From Octopus vulgaris (Eukaryota): DNA of 64,000 nucleotides. Shown here piece by piece: positions 40,601 through 53,900 of this stretch. Within the stretch, counting starts at the first letter, position 1, and every line of letters begins with the position of its first letter. The DNA lies in assembly GCA_951406725.2 (NCBI GenBank), contig OX597832.1, positions 28,086,001-28,150,000 of the forward strand, given 5' to 3'. The notes beneath the pieces were generated by a model. The model had not been told where the DNA came from, ran no database searches, and worked only from the letters and a program-made list of their open reading frames with translations. The translations under genes and the position numbers were made by a program.

Positions 40601-43600
40601 TCAATTCCCCTACCATGACCACCACTCTTAGTGATTACTAATTACACCAAGTAATTTCAAGACCCATCCAACCCTGACCATCTCCCTACCACTTCCCTTC
40701 GAACAACAGTGTTGACCAATTTTGGCTGATCCCTCCAACCTTAACTACAAGAAAATACCTATTTCTTTATTACCCACAAGGGGCTAAACATAGAGGGGAC
40801 AGACAAAGGAATTAAGTCAATTACATCGACCCCAGTGCGTAACTGGTACTTAATTTATCGACCCCGAAAGGATGAAAGGCAAAGTCAACCTCGGCAGAAT
40901 TTGAACTCACAACGTAACGGCAGCCGAAATACCTATTTCTTTACTACCCACAAGGGGCTAAACATAGAGAGGACAAACGGATTAAGTCGATTACATCGAC
41001 CCCAGTGCGTAACTGGTACTTAATTTATCGACCCCGAAACGATGAAAGGCAAAGTCGACCTCGGCGGAATTTGAACTCAGAACGTAACGGCAGACGAAAT
41101 ACGGCTACGCATTTCGCCCGGCGTGCTAACGTTTCTGCCAGCAATAAATCGAGGTGGTGCTCCAGCATGGCTGCAATCCTGAAACTGAAACCATGGAAAG
41201 AATAAAAGAGTAACTCGAGGAGCGCGGAACCAAAGACCATATAAAATATGGGAGGGTTTTTCTTTGGAATCTTTGTATGTTTGCTTACAGCTGGTTGTTT
41301 ATGGTTAGTTGTGAGCAGTGGAGCGTGAAGTAGGAGTGGAAGTGATTCAGCACAAACTGGAGGAGGAGGAGAGGGAAGGAATGAGGTGTCCTAGAGGGGT
41401 GATGGTGGGTGGGGATATGACACAGTAACTGTATCGGAGATTGAACTTGTTATATGTGTCTTGTAAGTAGTCCCTGAACCTCCTTCCACAAGCAAAGGTC
41501 AGTTACTGGACACCAGAAGGAAGAGTATGTGGTGTGGTGGTGGTGGTGGTGGTGGTGGTGGGGACTTGGTTGCTATGGAGAGTTTCTTTCCGCCACACCT
41601 TCCCCACATTTTGGATATCGAAGACAGAAGAAGACATGTTAGAATTGTGCTGTGAAAGTTCTAGAAATTTGACCAATATAATCTCAGCATCGGCTGATGA
41701 CCAACATTGTAGTCTGGTCTGGTTTGTTCTAGCCTGCAGCGGTCAGTTGAGAAACAGCGTCAGCAACAACAACAACAACAACAGCTTTCTCGACAAGACT
41801 TCCCTGATTCAATATAAATGAAGACAGCCAGGTGCTTAACGACCGCTAATGTAATTATACATACACACTTGTCTGTGTCCAGTCTGTCTAAAACAGCCCA
41901 CCAGCAAGTGTCCTAGCAATGGTCATGTAAAATAGATAGCAAACAAACAGCTTAGAACACTACTAGTAGTAGTAGTAGTAGTATAAATAATACTACTACC
42001 ACCACTGTGATCCACTTTCATTAATACAATAACACCATCATCCCCTCCACTACGACCACCACCACTTCTGCTACAATCAGTCCACTACTGCACAGAAAAA
42101 TCCCATGAACAAGATACACACACACACACACACACGCCCACCCCCAACACTTGATGTAACCCTCTGCTGCCCCTTTTTTTTATTCTAAAGCTAGAACTAT
42201 CTTTCTGTTTCTGCAGGTTTCCGAAATATTTATAACGGGGCTGAACTGGAATGTTCCTGCGACGGTTTGATCCCTGGAGGTACATACAATGTCCACGTAG
42301 CGTGTTCGGGACCAGGAGGTAAAAGTGATGTAAGTATATGATCCCTAAAATATTGGAACCTTGAGTTGGGAGTATGGAATACAATTCATTTGCTTTGATA
42401 CTTAGTTGGGGATTTTAAAAAAATCCTTCCAGTTCAAGAGGGTCTTATTTATGATCCTTTGATCTGTGAGAAAAGCCTGTGTGATGAGATCAAACTCCAT
42501 TTGGACTTCACTGATCTCCAAAGAACATTTATGGTGAGAACCAACCCTACTTGTTTGCCACAGATAGTCCCTGAATGAACTGATCCCTGATAAAAGACAT
42601 TCCAACCATGACCATCTGGCCTATTTCCTAGTAATACACTATCTAATGGATCCTTTCTTGTTTAAGATGGTACAGTATGGTTTGAGGGACAGTTCTACTG
42701 CTATATCTTGTAGATCAAGCAGCTGCATAGAGATGATCCTCAGCATAATTTCTTTCGGTGTAGAAGTGGTCACATGACTTGTAAAAGGGATCTGGACCAC
42801 TGATTCCATGATCGCTTTCCAGTTGGTGCCTCAGCAAGTAGATGACACATCACCCTTCAGAAGAGAACGAGAGAATTAAAGGGGAGTGATGGCACAATGG
42901 GGAGTGTCGCAACATAATTAAGTGGAAAATATTCTAACAGTTTGCTGACTTATTTGTCATCAAACTCTCATCGTCTCAACAGAATCGTTTCTGATGTAAA
43001 TTCTTGTTTTTTTTTGGTTTTTTTTGCAGTTTTCAGATTCTATATCAGTAACAACACCAGCTGTGATTCCAGGGCAAAGCCAACCTCCCAAACTTCAGGG
43101 TAAACCAAAAGCTACTTCTCTACATTTACGATGGGGTAAGTAATTATTCTAAGTCGCCATGATAGATCGTTAGCCACTACACACATTTTTTTCTCTCCTT
43201 GTTTTTTCTGTGTCCCTTTCTGTAGAAGAGCATAGGCTCGAAACATAAAAGCCTTTTTCTATTCCTGAGTGTTATACTAATACATCTGTTTTTTTCGTAA
43301 ACCCTCCCTATCTATCTATCCATCTATCAGTCGCTATGATATATCGTTAGCCACTACACACATTTTTTTCTCTCCTTGTATTTTCTGTGTCCCTTTCTGT
43401 AGAAGAGCGTAGGCTCGAAACGTAAAAGACTTTTTCTATCCCTGAGCGTTATACTAATACATCTGTTTGTTTTGTACACAACCTGTCTCCGTCTTTGGTT
43501 TTTTTTTCGTAAATTCTCTCTAATTATTCTAATGCTCAGTAAACTTTTAATCTAAAGTACTGGAGCTGGTCTAGGACTGGTGTTGGCATGAGAATCTCGT

Positions 43601-46600
43601 TAGTCTAAGTAACTGAGCCATTGTGATAGCATTGACATTTCACCATTACCATGGCAACCAATGTTATTTTATTCTTTAAGTATAACTTTGAAAGCTGAGT
43701 CAACAGAGAGGAAATCTCCAAGGGGTTTAAAAGCACAGGTCTCTACTATCCAAGTGGCTAACAAGTGTCAGGAGAAATGCACCCAAGGAATCCTGACCTG
43801 GATGTGACTTGGCCCCACCTCTTGGAGTGTAAGGGATTAAGGGCCGAAACACTTGCCTGAGCGGAGTGTCTTCTCTGAAGACCTTCTACAGCTCAGCTTC
43901 CTTGAGGGTTTCTTACCATCATCTCTAAGAGACGGGAAACTATCAACAAGGAGCTGACATATTCATAGGTACTACATACACTGTAGCTCCCTATGATACA
44001 TCATCATTTAACGTCCGTTTTCCATGCTAGCATGAGTTGGACGGTTCGACTGGGGGCCGGGAAGCCAGGACGCTGCACCAGGCTCCAGTCTGATAGGGCA
44101 GTGTTTCTACAGCTGGATGCCCTTCCTAACGCCAACCACTCCATGAGTGTAATGGGTGCTTTTTACGTGCCACCGGCACAGGTGCCAGGGGAGGCTGGCA
44201 ATGGCCACGATCGGTTGGTGCTTTTTACGTGCCACCAGCATGGAAGCCAGTCAAGGCGGCGCTGGCATCGGCCACGTACGGCTGGCGCTGGCATCGGCCA
44301 CGTACGGCTGGCGCTTTTTAGGTGCCAGGTTAGGCTGGCAACGGCCACAATCGGTTGGTGCTTTTTATGTGCCACCGGCATGGAAGCCAGTCAAGGTGGC
44401 ACTGGCATCAGTCACATACAGATGGTGCGTTTTAGGTGCCACCAGCACAGGTGCCAGGTTAGGCTGGCAACGGCCACAATCGGTTGGTGTTTTTTACGTG
44501 CCACCAGCACGGAAGCCAGTGAAGGCGGTGCTTGCATCAGCCATGTACGGATGGTGCTTTACAGTGGACTAAAATGTTTGTGGTACCTATACATGTCTGT
44601 TCATAATTGATTGTTTCATATTGCTAATACCCATACTCAAAACACTTAACTCTCAACAGTCCAGTCTACTTAGCCGTGAGTAGGTACCACAGTGTATAGT
44701 TCACAGGGTGTGTAGTTCACTGTGAAGTCTGAATTAAGGAAGGTCTGGGGCTGTTAAAACCAGGAAATAGAAAGTTAAACAGGACGAAAATTTTAAAGAC
44801 TTTTTTTTATTTGGAACTTTCTTCAAAGAATACAAACCCATTATATTGTGTGTTTCTGTAATGGTATAACCAACAACCAAGTTGTTTTTGAAACACCTGT
44901 GTGATTTTTAGATTTGGTTGCTATGCCTTGCAAACTGAATAACTACTGTGATCCCTTTATTTATTTGAAGTAGGTGGGCTTATTCAGTCAGGGCTGACTC
45001 GGGGTTAAACAGCCCCTAGGTAGCATTATCAGTGGTTGTAGTAGCAGCTGGAAACTGAACTAGTTAAACTGAAACTAAATCGAAACAGTCATTGCAAGTT
45101 TTTTCTTGTACTTTATTTCAGGTCCTCCAGTCACCGATGGAGGTTCCCCTATCACAGAATATATTGTCCAAATGGTGTCTCCAGACAACACAACCAGAGA
45201 AGTGTACAAAGGCAGGGATACAGACTGTGTGGTTGCTGGCCTTCTGCCAGGACGACCATATCTATTCCAAGTGAAGTGTTCAAACAAAATTGGGGTAGGT
45301 ACAACAACTCTACACAAAAAATTTGTTGCTGTTCAGCCGAGGCATTTCATTACATTTCTTGACCCAGTCGTGGCCCCTCCTCCTCCTCCTGCCCCTCTTA
45401 CCACCTTTTATTGTATCTATCATGGCTCTCACCAAGACCACCACCACCACCACCACTGCTCTCCTCTCATCCAGCTGTCTCCCACACACATACACACATC
45501 GACCATGATACCCAGTCCTTCTTCCCTGAGAATGTCATTTTTTTAAGGGATCTCTTCTCTGATTCTCTTTGTCCAGCAAACATCAACATGCAACCTTTTT
45601 TTAATATAAACTCTGTTCACCTCATTAGTCTCCAAAAATTGTGTCCACCCTCGCCCCCCACCCCACCTCTACACTACTTCTAAAGACCGTCGACATACAT
45701 TTCCTCCATACCAAACCTATAATGACCATAAATTCACTCCTTTTCCTCCCAACCAAACCAAGAGAAAATAAAACCCCAAAAGTCCTTTATTTCTCCTGGT
45801 ACCAAAGAGTTGACTTACTTGCAGCCACCACATTGTCTCAAATAAACGTCTTATAGCAGAGTTCTTTAACTTTTGTTAGTGCAGCGTCTCAGGAGTGGCT
45901 GTGTGGTAAGTAGCTTGCTAACCAACCACATGGTTCCGGGTTCAGTCCCACTGTGTGGCATCTTGGGCAAGTGTCTTCTGCTATAGCCTCGGGCCGACCA
46001 ATGCCTTGTGAGTGGATTTGGTAGACGGAAACTGAAAGAAGCCTGTCGTATATATGTATATGTATGTGTGTGTCTGTGTTTGTCCCCCTAGCATTGCTTG
46101 ACAACCGATGCTGGTGTGTTTACGTCCCTGTCACTTAGCGGTTCGGCAAAGGAGACCGATAGAATAAGTACTGGGCTTACGAAGAATAAGTCCCGGGGTC
46201 GATTTGCTCGACTAAAGGCTGTGCTCCAGCATGGCCGCATCATCATCATCATCATATAAATCATATTTCATATTTTCATGTTACATTTTTTTTTTTTGTT
46301 TTTTCTCTCTATGTATTTTATATGTCTGAACATCTAATGGTCGATCTCTGTTGCTTTGCCTAGGCTGGGCCCTGGTCTGAATCTTGTGAAGTCGTTAGCG
46401 GTCCTGGTGTTCCCGATGCTCCAAAGTGTCCAACAGTCAACTGGAAGTCTCCACACTGTATCCAACTTAGTTGGGAAAAACCTGTCAACAATGGTGCTAC
46501 TATCACAGACTACCGTCTAGAATGGCAACAGAAGACTAATCTAGATTTCACACAGGTAACACGAATTCTTCCTTCTCACCTGCCTTTTATTATATTCTCT

Positions 46601-48218
46601 CGTCTGCCGCAACATCTGCTGGTTCTCCTTTTTTATACAGGGTCAGGCAAAATGATCTGACACATGTGTAGGTTAAATAAAAGGCAAATGAAGTAAAGAA
46701 ACAAAAAAGTGTTTTTATTTTTGAAAAGTACATATAATGCCATTTTGTTTCATTATGTTTTAAAAATTAAATCAGTCAAATGGGATCCATTATTGTCCAC
46801 ACACTGTCGAAGGCGTTCACGAAAGTTGTCAATAACTCGGCGGGTTATTTCATGTGGAATGGCAGTAATTTCTTGACGAATTGCATCTTTAAGTTCTGGC
46901 GGTGCGAGGTCGGCCGGTTGATTTTCGTTTCAATGCAGATCCAGTAGCTCTGAAGTTGGTAACCCATAACAAGATTGTGTTTCGAGCTGGTACGGGATCA
47001 TGTCTACCAAGATTGAAGTGCAAACGGAACGCTCTTTGTGTTGCAGTTACAGAATCGTTTGTTTTGATAAACGTTTCCACAATGAAAGCGCGATGCTCAC
47101 CAGTCCAATTCATGGCAGCAACTGAAAAAGGAACGAAAAACAATGCCTTTTATTTAACCTACAAATGTGTCAGATCATTTTGCCTGACCCTGTAGTATAG
47201 GCGAGTGATTATGTAGTGTGTGTGTGTGTATTTTGTGTTGTTGTGCTGATTGTGTAGGGTCACTGTATGTCTGTCCAACACTGACCAGTATAAGACTCCA
47301 ACCACTGACCAGTCCCCTTGTCCTCACACTACTATTGCTCTTATGCTAACAAATCTGTTTTATCATTTTCAGCTTTACGTTGGACCCCAACGGAAATATG
47401 AAATCAAAAACCTTCTTCCTGCGACCAATTATAGCTTTAAAGTTTCGGTAAGTTCACTTTGATGAGATGTTCATAACTGGTTACATTGTTGAACACTTTC
47501 GCAACTGGCTACACTCTAGAGCACTTTTATTTTATTTTCATTCCAAAGTATCAACATTACAACTTCCTATTTCAGTCATCGTCTTAAACTATGGTTTCAT
47601 GCCTAATTAACAACTAATTATAATCACTATTAATTGTTCATATAATCAACTGTTCCATTTACCTATCCAACCCCACGAAATGTTTGCCCTTGTTCCTTGG
47701 CCAAAGTCAATCTTTTTGTCTTTTATTCTCCTGGGGCAGTCGAGACTGATTTATTTTCAGTGCTCCGAATCTTTACGTTGTGAGTTCAAACCCCACCAAT
47801 GTCGTCAAGTTTGCCTTTCATCTGTTTGGGGTTAATAAAATAAGTGACGAATCAAGTACTGGAGGCCAATTGTAATCAACTAATCCCCCCCCCCGCCCTC
47901 AAAACTTGTTGTTGTTGTTATTATTCAGTCTATGTAAGGCATTGGGCTGACAGAATCATTAGCACAGTGGATAAAATAATTACTGGTATTTTGTCTGCCT
48001 TTACATCATCCGCAGTTCAAATTCCCCTGAAGTCAACTTTATCTTTCATCCTTTCGGGGTTGATCAAAGAAGTACCAGTCAAGTACTGAGGTCAATGTAA
48101 ATCAACTTATCCACCCCACCCCCGCTCCGAACTTGCTGCCCTTGTGCCAAAATTTGAAACCAATATTCCAAGTCCGTCATGAGGACCTGCTTCATCACCT
48201 TGTGGCCAATAAAAGAAA

Positions 48219-48261
<43 letters not shown>

Positions 48262-50914
48262 GGCAGACTCGTTACTTGGCAGAATTGTTAGCATGTTGGA
48301 TGAAATGCTTAGCAGTATTTCACCTGTTGCTATGTTCTGAGTTCAAATTCCGCTGAGGTTGATTTTTGCCTTTTGATCCTTTCAGGGTCAATAAAATAGG
48401 TACCAGTTATGCACTGGGGTCAATGTACTTTACTATCCCTCTCCTCCAAATTTCAGGCCTTCCGCCTATAGTAGTAAGGATTAATATCATTATTTTAGGG
48501 TGGCAAGCTGGCAGAATTGTTTGCACGCCGGACGAAATGCTTAGACAGTATTTCATCTGCTGTTACATTCTGAGTTCAAATTCTACCAAGGTCGACTTTG
48601 CCTTTCATCCTTTCGGGGTCGATTAAATTAAGTACCAGTTACGAACTGGAGTCGATGTAATCGACTTAATACCTATGTCTGTCCTTGTTTGTACCCTCTG
48701 TGTTTAGCCCCTTGTAGGTAGTAAAGAAATAGGTATTTCGTCTGTCTTTACGTTCTGAGTTCAAATTCTACCGAGGTCGACTTTGCCTTTCATCTTTTCG
48801 GGGTCAATTAAATTAGTACCAGTTTCGCAATGGGGTCAATATAATTGACTTAGTCTGTTTGTCCTCTCTGTGTTTAGCCCCTTGTGGGTAGTAAAGAAGT
48901 AGGTATTTCGTCTGTCTTTACGTTCTGAGTTCAAATTCTACCGAGGTCGACTTTGATTTCATCTTTTCGGGGTCGATTAAATAAGTACCAGTTACGCTCT
49001 GTGGTCGATGTAATTGACTTAATCCCTTTGTCTGTCCTTGTTTGTCACTCCCCCCCCCCCCGCTATGTTTAGCCCCCCTGTGGGCAATAAAGAAATATAG
49101 AAAAAAAATTATTATTGTTGTTGCTGTTTCCGTTGCAGGCCATAAACAGTGCTGGGGCCGGTCCTTTCAGTTCAGTGTGTCGGTGCCAAACACAACCTTC
49201 TAGTCCTGCAGCTGTGGTGCACTGCAAAGTGCAGACGACAGCAACGGATGCCCTGTTGAAGTGGGAAGAACCCCACAACAATGGCAGTGAGATACTCTCC
49301 TACAACATAGACACAGGCGACAAACAGCTGATAAATATTACTGATGCTACAGAATACAGGCTTGAACATCTCTCACCTGACACTGTGTACAGGTGAGTAA
49401 TGCCAATCAACCACACCTTTCTCTCTCTCTATCTCTCACTCACTCTCAACTAATAATGCACAGGTAAGTAAGGTTACACTACAGTCTTTCTCTCATCTCT
49501 CTCCTGGACACCTGTCATTTAACGTTGTACAGGTGAGCACTCCCTACTCTCTCTCCTTGACACTTGTCATCTAAAACCCATACAGGTAACTGATGTCACA
49601 CTACCATCTTTTTCTCTCTCTCTCTTCTGATAAAATGCACAATAAGTAATGTCACACTACCTCTCTTTTTCTTTCATGATATCACTTACCTGTAAACAAA
49701 GTCAGGTAACATATGTCACCTGACTTGTGTACAGGCAAGTGATGTTGCACTACCTACAACCCCTACCTTTTCCCATCTTTCATAGCTTCTCTTTTATCAT
49801 TACACTTCCTTCCGACCATTTCATCTTCTTCCCTCTCTTGTCACTACCTTCTCCATGATTTGAAACCACGACTGTTTTCTTCGTCTATTTCAGAATTAGA
49901 ATCCAAGCTGTCAATGCAATCGGGCCCGGTGCCTTCAGTTTTGCCATCAAGGTGATAACGAAATCCCTGCCCCCTGCACCACCCTCCCTCGAGTGTGTCA
50001 GTGCAGCCCCGAACAGCCTTAAACTAAAGTGGGGCGATGGCCGCAACCCTGATTTGATCCAGTACCAGCTGGAGATTAACAGGGACGATAAACAGTAAGT
50101 ACCACCCACCACTTTTGAATGGAGTTCTTGTATTGATGTGTTGTGTTTCTACGCATGGATGTGTATTATTCAACCATTCTGGATAAACTTAGAAGTCCCA
50201 GTCGAAACAAATTTTATATTAAATTCAGTTTTGCTTTATTTTTATAACCTTATACAGTGAAATATAAAACAAACCTTAAACTGAAGGCTCCCTCAATGTT
50301 TTCCAGAGGAGTACCATACCCCTTCAGCATTTAAACCAGCCCCCTTATCCAGCCCAAATATTCTACTTGTTTGGTTTTCAAACCAGCCGGATCTGACCTC
50401 TCTCACCTACCCTACAATGCCATTGCAAAAGCAAACAATCACATCATCAAAATCTCAATGCTATGAGATAATGCAGGATTAATTCAAAACAATCGGAATA
50501 AATAAGGATTATGTTTGACAGAGTTAATCCGAATGTGCTAATCAGATATGTACATTATTTACATTATTTACATTTGATGGGTATTTGTCCTCATCTTGTT
50601 TGTTGTTAACACAACGTTTCAGCTGATGTACCATCCGGCCTTCATCGGGTGTCTTGGGGAAATTTCGAACCTGGGTTCCCATTCCTAAGGTATGCCTTAA
50701 CAACAAACAAGATGAAGACAAATATCCGTCAATTGTAAATAATTAGGGCGCAGGAGTGGCTGTGTGGTAAGTAGCTTGCTAACCAACCACATGGTTCCGG
50801 GTTCAGTCCCACTGCGTGGCACCTTGGGCAAGCGTCTTCTGCTATAGACCTGGGCCGACCAATGCCTTGTGAGTGGATTTGGTAGACGGAAACTGTATAA
50901 AGAAGCCTGTCGTA

Positions 50915-50962
<48 letters not shown>

Positions 50963-53900
50963 TGTGTGTCTGTGTTTGTCCCCCCACCATCGCTTGACAA
51001 CTGATGCCGCTGTGTTTACGTCCCCGTCACTTAGCAGTTCGGCAAAAGAGACCGATAGAATAAGTACTGGGCTTACAAAGAATAAGTCCTGGGGTCGATT
51101 TGCTCAACTAAAGGCGGTGCTCCAGCATGGCCGCAGTCAAATGACTGAAACAAGTAAAAGAGTATAATTCCTCATCTCTTAAATATAGAACTTGTATTAT
51201 TTGTTTGTTTGTGTGTGTGTGTGTGCAGTAACACACTGGCCGGCTTGCCCAATGGCAACTGGGCCATTAAATCCATATATGGGGGCCTATGTTAATATCT
51301 CAAATTTGAAAATTTTTTATTTACTCCTGGAAGAACATATTAATTATTTCAGCCTTGCTTTGTTTGTAGACACTTGAAAAGAATACTTTTAACAAAAAAA
51401 AAATTTTATTGATAGCATTGTAGTTGTGGGTGGACCCCTTAGTCTCCTGGCAACCAATATTTTTAGACCCAGTCCACCACTGTACATATATGTGTGTGTG
51501 TGTGTGTGTATGTATATATATATATATAGAGAGAGAGAGATAGATAGATAGGCATACATTTTGTTAGGCAAAAGTTGACAACAACTTTAAAATTTCAGCT
51601 TACTAGCCATCATTAAGTAGGTAAACACTTCAAAGTTACTGTCATTTTCCTTGCAAAGACCTACACGTGCACACACACACACACACACATATATTTCTAC
51701 CAAGCATTCTTCCTTCTTTCTTTCCAGTTTCCAGACTGTCTACTATGGTTCAGCCCATGCCTACAAGGTAAACAGACTCTCTGAACTAACTTCCTATGAT
51801 TTCCGGATTTTTGCCATCAACGATGCCGGTTGTGGTGAATACTCCAACCTCTACAAGTTCAGCACAACCAAAGCTCCACCACCACCACTCAGAGGTAAGC
51901 CACTTCTCTTTTTCTTTCTTTTCTCTCTCCCATGTATGTTTTTTCAATGCCGACATGAGTCGGATGGATCTTACCGTACCTTGGCCCTTGTGCTCAATCA
52001 TCCAACCCATACCAGGATTGAAAACTGGATGTAAAACTTTGCATGTGTGTGTGTGAGAGAGGCTCTGTTAATGTAGGTATTGATGGATGTGTGTATATAT
52101 ATATATACAAGTGTCACTTTTGGGTAAGTATGGCTTAGTAGCAGAAATACAATTTCTTACCAGTTTACATAAGAACTCCAAAGATTATATTGGATTCCAT
52201 GGAATACATACGGAAATACACACACACTTGACAGATATTTGTCCTCATCTTGTTTGTTGTTAACACAACATTTCAGCTGATATACCCTCCAGCCTTCATC
52301 AGGTGTCCAGGGGAAATTTTGAACCTGGGTCCTCATTCCTAAGTTATTTCTCGATGTTATTATTATTATTCACGGTATATGGCGTAGTGGTTAAGAGCAC
52401 GGGTTACTAAGCCCGAGATTCCGAGTTCGATTCCAGGCAGTGACCTGAATAATAATAATAATAATGACATCGAAAAATACCTTAGGAATGAGAACCCAGG
52501 TTCGAAATTTCCCCCAAGACACCTGATGAAGGCTGGAGGGTATATCAGCCAAAACGTTGTGTTAACAACAAACAAGATGAGGACAAATATCCGTCAAATG
52601 TAAATAATTCCTCATCTCTTAAATATAGAATTCTCTCACACAATGAACAACTGTCACTCACATGCTTATACATTTGCTCACACACACACACATAATACAC
52701 CTGTTTCTAATAATTATGTAAGATGATACACTCACATGCACACCCACACCACCCCTATTTACACACACACACACACCCAGCTACACACATGTTCCTTTCA
52801 GGTGTTGGGCCTCTCGGAAGCAATGACTGAAACCTTTGCCATTGTGTCTTGTTTGAGAAGAAGATCCATCAGGCCAAGTAAAGTCAGTCATGGCAGATAC
52901 TGGTGTCACGCAAACGGCACGTATAGGCACCCATTACACTCTCAGAGTGGTTGGCGTTAGGAAGAGCGTAGAAAACCATGCCAAATCAGACTGGAGTCTG
53001 GTGCAGCCTTCCAGCTTGCCAGCCCTGGTCAAACCATTCAACCCATGCCAGCGTGGACAACAAACATTATACGATGATGATAAACACACACACACACACA
53101 CAAAAATATATATCAATAACTATCTTCTTCAGTGAAACATTTCAAAATTTACTCTTTATATAATAAAGCTGTTGTTGTGATGGTTAGAGGCAGGAAAGAA
53201 CCTGTCTTAAAACAGAAATGAAGCAGAAAAAGGTGAAGGGGGGAGAAAGGAGGGGTAGCAGGGGTATCATCATCATTGTTTAACGTCCGTTCTCCATGCT
53301 AGCATAGGTTGGACGGTTCGACTGGGGTCTGGGAAACCAGGAGGCTGCACCAGGCTCCAGTCTGATCTGGCAGTGTTTCTACAGCTGGATGCCCTTCCTG
53401 ACACCAACCTGAGAAGCCAGGAGGCTGCACCAGGCTCCAGTCTGATCTGGCAGTGTTTCTACAGCTGGATTCCCTTCCCAACGCCAACCACTCCGTGAGT
53501 GTAGTTGGTGCTTTTTATGTGCCACCCGCACAGGTGCCAGACGAGGCTGGCAACGGCCATGATTGGATTGGATTGGTGCATTTTACATGCCACCGGCACG
53601 GAAGCCAGTCGAGGCTGCGCTGGCATCGGCCACGATTCGGATGGTGCTTTTTACGTGCCAGTAAAGAGAAATAAAAAGCAGATCCATAATTGATTAAACA
53701 AACAATAAATCAGAAAGGTAGAGAGTGACCGAAAAGAAAAGGAAAGGAAGAAGTGAAAGGATGAAAAAAAAAGGTTTTTATAATATATATGCAAATACAC
53801 AAATGTATGGAAGCACTCCGTCGGTTACGACGACGAGGGTTCCGGTTGATCCGATCAACAGAACAGCCTGCTCGTGAAATTAACGTGTAAGTGGCTGAGC

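Larger units (their letters stand above)
37780..40735 (+). repeat. ~520-bp direct duplication (37780-38325 and 40233-40735)
   Basis: Near-identical text from accccaggtcatgtctgatccactagaccc to ttggctgat in both copies. Confidence 0.9.

Noticed and set aside
41690-41760. CTGATGA followed later by GAAAC
   Set aside because: No stem II closing next to GAAA and no stem I, so it is not a hammerhead.
43030-43036. Second AG 7 nt into the exon (same pattern at 51728-51734)
   Set aside because: Use would shift the frame; the upstream AG keeps the FN3 reading frame.
43993-44610. 205-aa ORF, longest in the track, with repeats resembling a CRISPR or repeat protein
   Set aside because: It is the antisense of SINE family C internal subrepeats. 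The spacers are themselves repeated, and the context is a eukaryotic intron with no cas genes.
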